Part shown: one piece after another, positions 20,427 to 28,461 of the stretch
Layout: each line of letters starts with the position of its first letter
Numbering within the stretch: position 1 is the first letter of the stretch
DNA from: an uncultured Spirochaetales bacterium
GTDB lineage: Bacteria > Myxococcota_A > UBA9160 > PR03
Reading direction: 5' to 3'
Length of the DNA: 64,000 bases
Assembly: GCA_964353555.1 (NCBI GenBank)
Contig: CAYGWM010000001.1
Span: forward strand, 3,659-67,658
Notes under the pieces: model-generated
Told to the model about the DNA's origin: nothing
The model's database searches: none
The model's input: the letters and a program-made list of their open reading frames with translations, nothing else
Position numbers and translations under genes: made by a program

Positions 20427-21173
20427 CTAACTCATGGTGAGGCCGCCGCTCACCGAGAGCGTCTGGCCGGTGATGTACGCCGCTTCGTTCGAAGCGAGGA
20501 ATGCCACCGCGGGCGCGATGTCGTCTGGCCGGCCGAGGCGCCGCATCGGGATCGCGCGTTCGAGTGCCTGGGTGATGCGGTCGCCGTCGTCGGTGGACTC
20601 GGCGAGCCCGCGGAACAGCGGCGTATCGGTGGGACCCGGGCACACGCAGTTCGCGGTGATGCCGTGGCGCACGACTTCGCGCGCGATCGACTTCGCGAGC
20701 GCGAGGAGGCCTCCCTTCGCCGCCGCGTAGATCGCTTCGCCGGAAGACCCGACGCGTCCCGCGTCCGACGACACCAACACGATGCGGCCAAAGTTCGCGT
20801 CGATCATGTCGGGCAACACCGCGCGCGCAACGCGGATCGGCCCGCCCAGATTGATCTCCAGCACGCGCGACTGGAACGGCTCGTCAGTCTCGATGAACGG
20901 GCGCATCAGGTCCCAGCCGGCGCACGAGACCAGCACGGTCACCGGGCCGAGGCGATCGCGTACCGCGGCGAGCGCAAGGTCGACCGAATCGGGGTCGGCG
21001 ACGTCGATCGGCACGCCGAGCCCGCCGAGTTCCGCCGCGAGCAGTGCGGCGCCCTCGCCGTCGAGATCGGCGACCGCCACCGTGCGACCTTGTGCGGCGA
21101 GCGCGCGACACACCGCCGCGCCGATCGCGCCGGCCCCGCCGGTGACGAGTGCAACGCGCGGGCTTCCGGTCAT
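20427..21173 (-). CDS. short-chain dehydrogenase/reductase (BadH/FabG-like)
   Basis: 'VTGGAGAIGAA' and the catalytic 'SSDAGRVGSSGEAIYAAAKGG' Ser...YxxxK arrangement, 248 aa. Confidence 0.85.
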   Translation of the reverse strand: MTGSPRVALVTGGAGAIGAAVCRALAAQGRTVAVADLDGEGAALLAAELGGLGVPIDVADPDSVDLALAAVRDRLGPVTVLVSCAGWDLMRPFIETDEPFQSRVLEINLGGPIRVARAVLPDMIDANFGRIVLVSSDAGRVGSSGEAIYAAAKGGLLALAKSIAREVVRHGITANCVCPGPTDTPLFRGLAESTDDGDRITQALERAIPMRRLGRPDDIAPAVAFLASNEAAYITGQTLSVSGGLTMS

Positions 21174-21177
21174 CGCG

Positions 21178-21975
21178 TCACTTCCTGTGTTTGGAGAAGT
21201 CTGGCTTTCGCTTCGCGGCGAACGCTTCGACGCCTTCGCGCGCCTCGGGCGTGTCCACGAACAGATCGAGGCCCGCGAACGCGAGCGTGCCGATGCCGGC
21301 GATCGATTCGGTGTCGGCGTTGAACGAGTGCTTCAGGAAGCGCAGCGCGGTGGGACTCTTCTCGAGGATCTCGTCTGCCCAGCGACGCACTTCGGCGCGC
21401 AGCTCTGCGCTGGGTACGACCACGTTCACGAGGCCCCAGTTCAGCATCGTCGCGGCGTCGTATTGGCGGCACAGGTACCAGACCTCGCGCGCGCGTTTGT
21501 CGCCGAGGATGCGGGCGAGGTACGCGGAGCCGAAGCCCGCATCGAACGACCCGACGCGCGGACCGGCCTGTCCGAAGCGCGCGTGCTCGGCGGCGATCGT
21601 CAGATCGCAGAGGACGTGCAGCACGTGACCGCCGCCGATTGCGATGCCGTTCACTGCGGCGATGACCGGCTTCGGAATGTCGCGGATCACGCGGTGCAGT
21701 GTCTCGATCTCGAAGAGGCCCGACTCGGACGGCCCGTAGTCGCCCGTTTCTTCGCGCTGCTTCTGATCGCCGCCCGCGCAGAATGCCTTGTCGCCCGCGC
21801 CGGTCAGCACGACGACGCCGACGCTCGCGTCCGCCCACGCCGCCTTGAAGCAGGCGATCAGTTCATCGACGGTGTGCGCGCGGAATGCGTTGTAGCGTTC
21901 GGGCCGGTTGATGGTGATCCACGCGAGTCCGCGCTCGACTTCGTAGGCGACGTCGGTGAGCGCGGCCGGGTTCAC
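21178..21975 (-). CDS. crotonase-superfamily enzyme of the MenB / BadI (Dieckmann / retro-Dieckmann) subfamily
   Basis: C-terminal 265 aa of ORF 21178..22920. 'AFCAGGDQK', 'NGIAIGGGHVLHVLCDLTIAAEHARFGQAGPRVGSFDAGFGSAYLAR' and 'KRKPDF' are near-canonical MenB-family blocks. GTG at 21975 overlaps the upstream stop (GTGA). Confidence 0.85.
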   Translation of the reverse strand: MNPAALTDVAYEVERGLAWITINRPERYNAFRAHTVDELIACFKAAWADASVGVVVLTGAGDKAFCAGGDQKQREETGDYGPSESGLFEIETLHRVIRDIPKPVIAAVNGIAIGGGHVLHVLCDLTIAAEHARFGQAGPRVGSFDAGFGSAYLARILGDKRAREVWYLCRQYDAATMLNWGLVNVVVPSAELRAEVRRWADEILEKSPTALRFLKHSFNADTESIAGIGTLAFAGLDLFVDTPEAREGVEAFAAKRKPDFSKHRK

Positions 21976-23183
21976 GCGAGCGTCAGCTCCAGCACCGCAT
22001 CGAGCGCGGGCCACAGGTCTTCTTCCGGAATGTTCAGCGCCGGAAAGAGTCGCAATACGGTGCCAGCCGTGACGTTCACCAGCACGCCGCGATCGATCGC
22101 GCGGCGCGAGAGCGTGGCGGCGGCGTCCGCATCGAGCAGGTCCATGCCGAGCAGCAGGCCGCGACCGCGCGCGCGCGCCGCGACCTTCGGATGCGACGCC
22201 GCGAAGCGTTCGAGGTGGGCGAGCACGCGCGCGCCGAGTTCCGCGGTGCGCTCGACGAGGCCATCTTCTTCGATCACGCGCAGCACCGTGTTCGCCGCCG
22301 CGCACGCGAGCGGGTTGCCCGCGTAGGTGCCGCCGTGATCGCCGAGCGACACCGTCTTCGACACATCCTCGGTGCACAAGAAGCCCGCGATCGGGAAGCC
22401 GCCGCCGAGTCCCTTGCCGAGCGTGATCGCGTCGGGAACACACTCCAATGCTCCGGAGGCCTTCGCGTCGTGTTCGAGCGCGAGCCACTTGCCGGTGCGG
22501 CCGATGCCGGTCTGGATCTCGTCGAGCACCAGCAGCGCGCCGGCGTTGCGGGTCAGCTCGCGCAGGCCGGCGAGGTAGCCGGGCGGCGCGACGTTGACGC
22601 CGCCTTCGCCCTGCACCGGTTCCACCACGAATGCGGCGGTGTTCTCGCCGATCGCGCGGCGCGCGGCGTCGAGATCGCCGAACGGAACGAAGCAGCCCTG
22701 CTGCACGATGCGCTGGTACGGCGAGCGGTGTTTCTGCTGCCCGATGATCGACAGCGCACCGAGCGTGCGGCCGTGGAACGACTGCGTGGTCGAGACGAAG
22801 AGCGTCCGGCCCGTCGCGCGGTGCGCGAGCTTCAACGCGCCGTCCATCGCCTCGGCTCCCGACGAGACGAAGAAACAGCGCGTCAGCGCATCGGGCACCA
22901 CGCCGAGCAGCCGCTCGCACAGATCGAGCTGCGGCAGCGTGTAGAAGAGATTGGTGGTCTGCATCAGCCGGCCGGCTTGCTCGGCGATCGCCTCGACCAG
23001 CGCCGGGTGCGAGTGGCCGATCGCGGTGACGCCCCAGCCGCCGGTGAGGTCGACGTACTCATGCCCGTCGGCGTCCTGCACGCGCGAGCCACGGCCCGAT
23101 GCGATCGCGACCGGCAGGCGCTTCACGACCGGCAGGAAGCTGCGCGCCTCGCGCGCCACGATGTCGTCGAAATGCGTGCCCAA
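21972..23183 (-). CDS. class-III PLP aminotransferase (acetylornithine/GABA aminotransferase family)
   Basis: 403 aa. 'FVSSGAEAMDGALKLA', 'DEIQTGIGRTGKW' and the Schiff-base Lys context 'DAITLGKGLGGGFP'. Confidence 0.85.
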   Translation of the reverse strand: MGTHFDDIVAREARSFLPVVKRLPVAIASGRGSRVQDADGHEYVDLTGGWGVTAIGHSHPALVEAIAEQAGRLMQTTNLFYTLPQLDLCERLLGVVPDALTRCFFVSSGAEAMDGALKLAHRATGRTLFVSTTQSFHGRTLGALSIIGQQKHRSPYQRIVQQGCFVPFGDLDAARRAIGENTAAFVVEPVQGEGGVNVAPPGYLAGLRELTRNAGALLVLDEIQTGIGRTGKWLALEHDAKASGALECVPDAITLGKGLGGGFPIAGFLCTEDVSKTVSLGDHGGTYAGNPLACAAANTVLRVIEEDGLVERTAELGARVLAHLERFAASHPKVAARARGRGLLLGMDLLDADAAATLSRRAIDRGVLVNVTAGTVLRLFPALNIPEEDLWPALDAVLELTLA

Positions 23184-23269
23184 TCATCCTCCGCGCCGAT
23201 CCGGGTCGAGCGTCGGTCGAGATTCGAGGCTCGCGCCGGCTGCGTCAACCCCGCTACGCTGGGAATGCG

Positions 23270-24283
23270 ATGAATCCCCCCGCTACGATCGACCCCCTGC
23301 TCACCGACGGCTGGAACCGCTCGATCACGAATCTCCGCATCTCGGTGACGGATCGCTGCAACTTCCGCTGCGTCTACTGCATTCCCGACGAGAACATCGA
23401 GTGGTTGCCGCGCGGGCAGATCGCGTCGCTCGAAGAGCTGGGACGCATCGCGCGAATCGCCGTCGGGCTCGGCGTGCGCAAGCTGCGCATCACCGGCGGC
23501 GAGCCGCTGCTGCGCAAGAACCTGCCGAGTTTGATCGCCGAGCTGGCGGCATTGCCGGGTCTCGACGACATCGCGCTGACGACGAACGGCACCGAGCTGC
23601 CGCGCCTCGCACGCGATCTCGCCGAAGCGGGGCTCGAACGCGTCAACGTCAGTCTCGACTCGCTCGATCGCGCCACCTTCGTGAAGCTCGCGCAGCGAGA
23701 CATGCTGCCGGACGTGCTGGCCGGCATCGACGCCGCGGTCGATGCCGGCCTGACGCCGCTCAGCATCAACTGCGTCGCGATCCGCGGCACCAACGACCAC
23801 GAAGCGGTGGCGTTCGCGCGTTTCGCCCGCGAGCGCGGCTTCGAAGTGCGCTTCATCGAGTTCATGCCGCTCGAACACGGTCAGCGCTGGGGCGAACACG
23901 CGCTGGTGCCGGGCCACGAACTGCGCGATCGCGTCGACGCGGTGTTCCCGCTGAAGCCCGCGCCCGACCAGGACCCGCACGCGCCGAGCAAGGACTGGAT
24001 CTTCGCCGATGGCGCGCCGGGTGTGATGGGTTTCATCGATTCCGTCAGCGCGCCGTTCTGCGAAACCTGCAACCGCATTCGCCTCACCGCCGACGGCAAG
24101 CTGCGCACGTGTCTGTTCTCGCTGAACGAGCACGACCTCCTCGGCCCGATCCGCGCTGGCGCTTCGGACGAGCAGGTCGCCGCGCTGCTGCGCGCCGCCG
24201 TCAGCACCAAGGAGCTCAAGCACAACATCACCGACGGCCTGTTCGTGAAGCCGCAGCGGACGATGTCCCAGATCGGGGGCTAG
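23270..24283 (+). CDS. moaA: GTP 3',8-cyclase (radical SAM)
   Basis: 'LRISVTDRCNFRCVYCIP' (CxxxCxxC), 'ITGGEPLLR' and the C-terminal second-cluster 'CETCNRIRLTADGKLRTCLF'. ATG at 23270 inside ORF 23099..24283. Confidence 0.9.
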   Translation: MNPPATIDPLLTDGWNRSITNLRISVTDRCNFRCVYCIPDENIEWLPRGQIASLEELGRIARIAVGLGVRKLRITGGEPLLRKNLPSLIAELAALPGLDDIALTTNGTELPRLARDLAEAGLERVNVSLDSLDRATFVKLAQRDMLPDVLAGIDAAVDAGLTPLSINCVAIRGTNDHEAVAFARFARERGFEVRFIEFMPLEHGQRWGEHALVPGHELRDRVDAVFPLKPAPDQDPHAPSKDWIFADGAPGVMGFIDSVSAPFCETCNRIRLTADGKLRTCLFSLNEHDLLGPIRAGASDEQVAALLRAAVSTKELKHNITDGLFVKPQRTMSQIGG

Positions 24284-24285
24284 TC

Positions 24286-24660
24286 GTGACCGACACCATC
24301 CTGCTCGAAGGCATCCAGGTTCCCGCCGCGCTCGGCGTCACCGCAGCCGAGCGGCGCATGCGCCGGCCGGTGCTGCTCGACATCGAAGTCGAATACGACC
24401 TGCGCGCCTCCGGCCGCAGCGACCGGATCGGCAACACGCTCCACTACAAGCGTATCTTCGAGGTGGTGGAAGACGTCGCCGCAAACCAGGAACACAAGCT
24501 GGTGGAGGCGCTCGGAGAGCGGATCGCGCGCGCGGTGCTCGAGAAGTTCGACGCGCCGGCGATCACCGTGACGGTGCGCAAGCCGAAGCCGATCAACGGA
24601 GTGCTCGAGCATGCGGGGGTACGGATACGGCGGACGCGGAAGGATCTCGGGTTGGGGTGA
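24286..24660 (+). CDS. folB: dihydroneopterin aldolase-family (T-fold) protein
   Basis: 124 aa. 'ILLEGIQVPAALGVTAAERRMRRPVLLDIEV', 'TLHYKRI' and 'VTVRKPKP' follow the FolB pattern. GTG lies 2 nt after the moaA stop. Confidence 0.7.
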   Translation: MTDTILLEGIQVPAALGVTAAERRMRRPVLLDIEVEYDLRASGRSDRIGNTLHYKRIFEVVEDVAANQEHKLVEALGERIARAVLEKFDAPAITVTVRKPKPINGVLEHAGVRIRRTRKDLGLG

Positions 24661-24760
24661 GCTTCGGCTCGTGGGTCGCTCGCAAGAGTTCCGGCTCCCC
24701 GCAGTGCCACGAGTGCTGGTACCTTCGGGAGGACTCCTTCCACTCGACGGAGGTTGAACC

Positions 24761-25132
24761 ATGAGTGAGCGAACGCTCTATGAACGTCTCGGCGGCTACG
24801 ACGCCATCGCTGCGGTGGCAGGTGACCTGTTGCCGCGATTGCAAGCGGATTCCGGATTGGCTCGATTCTGGCAGCATCGCGGCGAGGATGGAGTCGCGCG
24901 CGAGAAGCAGCTGCTGATCGACTTCCTCTGCTCGAACGCGGGAGGCCCGCTCTACTACACCGGGCGCGACATGAAGACGTCGCATCGAGGGATGAAGATC
25001 AGCGCGGGCGATTGGGCTGCATTCATTGGACACCTGAACGCGACGTTGGCGGCGTTTCAGGTACCGCCCACCGAACGCGATCAGGTCGTCGCGTTCGTGC
25101 AGAGCACGAAGGCCGACATCGTCGAGGCGTGA
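24761..25132 (+). CDS. glbN: group I truncated haemoglobin
   Basis: 123 aa. 'LYERLGGYDAIAAV', 'YTGRDMKTSHRGMKIS' (proximal His region) and 'FIGHL'. RBS 'ggaggt' upstream. Confidence 0.85.
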   Translation: MSERTLYERLGGYDAIAAVAGDLLPRLQADSGLARFWQHRGEDGVAREKQLLIDFLCSNAGGPLYYTGRDMKTSHRGMKISAGDWAAFIGHLNATLAAFQVPPTERDQVVAFVQSTKADIVEA

Positions 25133-25228
25133 GTTCGGCCGTTTGGACGGCACGAACCCCTCGGGGTCATCTCGCGAACCAGCGGGCGATCCCGCTACTC
25201 TGGCGAGTCCCGCGCCCCCGGAGCCTCG

Positions 25229-27001
25229 ATGACCTGGACCCCCTCCGACAAGCCCTCCGTGACGCTCGCCGACTCGAAGCTCGAGGAGATGTCGAAGAAC
25301 GAGCGGATCAAGGTGGCGAGCCAGGGGCTGTTCTTCGTTTCCGACGGCAAGACGACGCACACCTTCGCGGACGAGGTCGACGCGCTCTCGAGGGGCGAGG
25401 CCGAAACGATCGGCGGCGAGGCCAAGGAACTCTCGAAGTTCTTCGGGATCTACCGGCAGCAGATCCGCGGCGAGCGCGGTCGCAAGACCGGCGAGCACGT
25501 CTTCATGGTGCGCATCAAGTGCCCCGCCGGTGGCGAGCTGAGCGCGAAGCAGTGGGCCGCGCTCGACGACGCTTCCGAGCAATTCGCCGACGGCACGATC
25601 CGCATCACGTCGCGCCAGGGCGTCCAATATCACTACGTGCACGGTCCGAAGCTGGCGCCGCTGGTGCGCTTCCTGAACCGCCACTACCGCGAGGAAGCGA
25701 CGCTCAGCGCCTGCGGCGACGTGAACCGCAACGTGATGGCGTCGCCGGTGGACGGCCTGCTCGGTCCGGGCGATCCACGCGGCCGTGAGCTGGCGGTGAC
25801 GCTCGCGGGCGAACTCGCGCCGCGGTCGTCGTCGTACTTCCAGATCTTCCTCACCGACGCCGACGGCCGCACCGTCGCGCCGATGCACAGCGACGAGCCG
25901 CTCTACGGACCGCAGTACCTGCCGCGCAAATTCAAGATCGGCATCGCGCACCCGGACGACAACTCGATCGACGCGTTGACGCAGGACGTCGGTCTCATCC
26001 CCGTGCTCGTGAATCGGCCTGATGGGAAAGAGGGCTTCGCGAGCGACGGCTCGCTGTGGGATCTCTACTCGGGCGGCGGCCTCGGCCAGTCGCACAACAA
26101 TCCGCAGACCGCGCCGCTGCTCGGGATGTATCTCGGTCGCATCGCGCGCGATCAGGTGGTCGGCGCGGTGAAGGCGATCGTCACGCTGCAGAAGGAGCAG
26201 GGCGACCGTCGCGACCGCAAGCAGGCGCGCTGGAAGTACACGATCCGGCGTCTCGGTCTCGACTTCGTGAAGCGAACGCTCGTCGCGCGTTTCGGGATCC
26301 GCCTCGAAGACGCCGCGCCGCAGCCGATCGCGCCGGGTCTCTTGCACCTCGGTTTCAGCGACGCGCTCGACGGCTCGAGCTTCTACGGCATATCGATCGA
26401 GAACGGCCGCGTGAGGCCGCCGCAGCGCAAGGCGATCCGAGAAGCCGCTGTGACGCTCGGGCTCGGCGTGCGCATGACGGCGCACCAGGATGTGATTCTG
26501 ACCAACGTGCGCGATCGCGTCGCTCTGCTCGCGATTCTAGATCGCCACGGCATGGCGCGTCCCGAGGCGGTGTCGCGCGCACGCAGCCTCGGTATCGCGT
26601 GTCCCGCGAAGCCGACTTGCGGCCTCGCGATGACCGAAGCGGAGAACATCCTGCCGCACTACTTCGACGCGCTCGAAGCCGCCGGCCTAGGCGACGTCGA
26701 CCTCGAAGTCCGCATGACGGGCTGCCCGAACAACTGCGCCAGGCCGCCGTCCGCCGAGATCGGCATCTTCGGCTACGGCAAGAACGATCACGTGCTGCTC
26801 GCGGGCGGCTCGCGCCGCGGCACGCGCCTCGCGTCGGTGCTCTACCCGCGCATCTCCGAAGAACAGATGGTTCCCGCGCTGGTCGGCCTGTTCCGCGTCG
26901 TGAAGGAGCGCTGCCCCGCCGGCACGCCCCCCGGCGACTGGATCGCCGCCACCGACTTCGCCCAACTCCGCACCTGGATCGCCCTCGCCCCCCCCACCTG
27001 A
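25229..27001 (+). CDS. ferredoxin-type sulfite/nitrite reductase haemoprotein (NirA/Sir family)
   Basis: 590 aa with duplicated NiR/SiR ferredoxin-like halves. Siroheme-[4Fe-4S] Cys motifs 'ACPAKPTCGLA' and 'TGCPNNCARP'. Confidence 0.85.
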   Translation: MTWTPSDKPSVTLADSKLEEMSKNERIKVASQGLFFVSDGKTTHTFADEVDALSRGEAETIGGEAKELSKFFGIYRQQIRGERGRKTGEHVFMVRIKCPAGGELSAKQWAALDDASEQFADGTIRITSRQGVQYHYVHGPKLAPLVRFLNRHYREEATLSACGDVNRNVMASPVDGLLGPGDPRGRELAVTLAGELAPRSSSYFQIFLTDADGRTVAPMHSDEPLYGPQYLPRKFKIGIAHPDDNSIDALTQDVGLIPVLVNRPDGKEGFASDGSLWDLYSGGGLGQSHNNPQTAPLLGMYLGRIARDQVVGAVKAIVTLQKEQGDRRDRKQARWKYTIRRLGLDFVKRTLVARFGIRLEDAAPQPIAPGLLHLGFSDALDGSSFYGISIENGRVRPPQRKAIREAAVTLGLGVRMTAHQDVILTNVRDRVALLAILDRHGMARPEAVSRARSLGIACPAKPTCGLAMTEAENILPHYFDALEAAGLGDVDLEVRMTGCPNNCARPPSAEIGIFGYGKNDHVLLAGGSRRGTRLASVLYPRISEEQMVPALVGLFRVVKERCPAGTPPGDWIAATDFAQLRTWIALAPPT

Positions 27002-27004
27002 GTT

Positions 27005-27178
27005 GTTGACTCGTGTTGACTCGGGGACGCGTTGACTCGGGGACGTTCGTTGCGCCGGTTGACTTGGGGACGTTGGTTGCGCGAGTTGCGTCCAGGAACG
27101 TCCCCAACGCAAACGGCGCAACCAACGTCCCCAACGCAACTCGAGCAACGAACGTCCCCGACGCAACGGCGCGTGCTA
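27005..27178. repeat. palindromic array of 27-nt repeats (about 3.5 forward units, then 3 inverted units)
   Basis: Forward units are 27031-27057 GTTGACTCGGGGACGTTCGTTGCGCCG and 27058-27084 GTTGACTTGGGGACGTTGGTTGCGCGA, with partial units at 27005 and 27015. Inverted units are 27098-27124, 27125-27151 and 27152-27178 (ACGTCCCC[A/G]ACGCAAC...). A 17-bp perfect stem pairs 27066-27082 with 27116-27132, and a 15-bp stem pairs 27039-27053 with 27145-27159. Confidence 0.8.
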
Positions 27179-27198
27179 GGTTCCGGGGGGCGCGCAGT

Positions 27199-28461
27199 AT
27201 GCGAGGATGTTTGGTGGATCTGCCGTCGGCCGATGCTTCGCTTTCGGTCCGCGAGGTCGAGTCGATCACGCAGGGCGCCGTGGATGTCGGTCGTCTCGAG
27301 CGCGCGCCTGCGGAGCGACTTGGGCGCCAGCTGCTCGCCGATGCGCGCATTCTCGAAGCGGTCGCCGCGGCGGCTGCGGACGCGAAGCAGCGCTCGCGCG
27401 GCGCGGTCGTCACCGTCGCGCGCAATGTGTTCATCCCGCTGACGAACCTGTGCCGCGACCGCTGCACGTACTGCACCTTCGCGAAGCGACCCGGCGACGC
27501 CGGCGCGAAGTCGTACACGCTGGCGGAAGTGGCCGAGGTTTCGCGAAATGCTGCGAGCGCGGGTTGCACCGAGGCGCTCTTCTGTCTGGGCGACAAGCCC
27601 GAGCTCGCGTTCGAGAGCTATCGCGACTGGCTCGCGGCGCAGGGCTACCCGAGCACGGCCGCGTATCTGGTCGAGGCGTGTCGCGTGGCGGCTATGCAGG
27701 GGATGCTCCCACACACCAACGCGGGGCTGCTCACGCAGCAGCAGATGGACGCGCTGCGGCCGTGGAACGCGTCGATGGGACTGATGCTCGAGACCACCAG
27801 CGAGCGACTGTGCCAGAAGGGCGGGGCGCACCACGCCGCGCCCGACAAGAAGCCGGAGCTGCGGCTGCGCATGCACCGCGAAGCCGGCGAGCTTCGCGTC
27901 CCGTTCACGACTGGAATGCTGATGGGCATCGGCGAGACGACCGACGAGCGCGTCGACACGCTGTTCGCAATTCGCGAACTCTCGGATCGCTACGGCCACA
28001 TCCAGGAAGCGATCATCCAGCCGTTCCATCCCAAGACCGCGACCAAGATGAGCGAGCGCCCGACACCGGAAGAGGACGATGTGGTCGGCTGGGTCGCGCT
28101 GGCGCGGCTCGTGCTCGGCCCCGATGTGAGCGTGCAAGCGCCGCCGAACCTGGCGAACCTGTCCGGTGATCGATTGCTCGACCGCCTGCTCCGCGCCGGC
28201 GCCGACGACTTCGGCGGCGTCTCGCCGATGACGATCGATTTCATCAACCCGGAAGCGCCGTGGCCGAAGCTCGATACGCTGCGCCGTCGCACCGAAGCGG
28301 CCGGCCAGACGCTGCGCGAGCGGCTGCCGGTATATCCAGAATTTCTGACGAGCAAGCCCGACTACTTCGATGCTTCGATGCGCGAGCGCTGCGAAGCGCT
28401 CGCCGACAGGACCGGCTACGCACGCACGCGCGCCACCGCGCAAAGCGAGGAAGCGGCATGA
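27199..28461 (+). CDS. cofG: 7,8-didemethyl-8-hydroxy-5-deazariboflavin (FO) synthase subunit 1
   Basis: 'NVFIPLTNLCRDRCTYCTF' radical-SAM motif, 'EALFCLGDKPE', 'LPHTNAG' and 'GMLMGIGET'. The first ATG is at 27199, but the true start could be further downstream because the N-terminal region is about 60 aa longer than I expect. Confidence 0.8.
   Translation: MRGCLVDLPSADASLSVREVESITQGAVDVGRLERAPAERLGRQLLADARILEAVAAAAADAKQRSRGAVVTVARNVFIPLTNLCRDRCTYCTFAKRPGDAGAKSYTLAEVAEVSRNAASAGCTEALFCLGDKPELAFESYRDWLAAQGYPSTAAYLVEACRVAAMQGMLPHTNAGLLTQQQMDALRPWNASMGLMLETTSERLCQKGGAHHAAPDKKPELRLRMHREAGELRVPFTTGMLMGIGETTDERVDTLFAIRELSDRYGHIQEAIIQPFHPKTATKMSERPTPEEDDVVGWVALARLVLGPDVSVQAPPNLANLSGDRLLDRLLRAGADDFGGVSPMTIDFINPEAPWPKLDTLRRRTEAAGQTLRERLPVYPEFLTSKPDYFDASMRERCEALADRTGYARTRATAQSEEAA

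Noticed and set aside
23184-23269. Moco riboswitch upstream of moaA
   Set aside because: The intergenic region is only 86 nt and divergent. I could not find the conserved Moco-motif elements, and it is too short for the element of roughly 130 nt or more as I recall it.
27002-27180. Possible CRISPR array, because of regularly spaced 27-nt repeats
   Set aside because: The repeats are contiguous with no spacers. Half of them are in inverted orientation, there are only about 6-7 units, and no cas genes are present.
27013-27198. Peptide-repeat coding potential of the 27-nt repeat ('TNVPNA...' and 'TSPTQ...' in two frames)
   Set aside because: Repeat periodicity divisible by 3 gives peptide repeats in every frame on both strands. 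There is no RBS, and the CofG homology starts only downstream.
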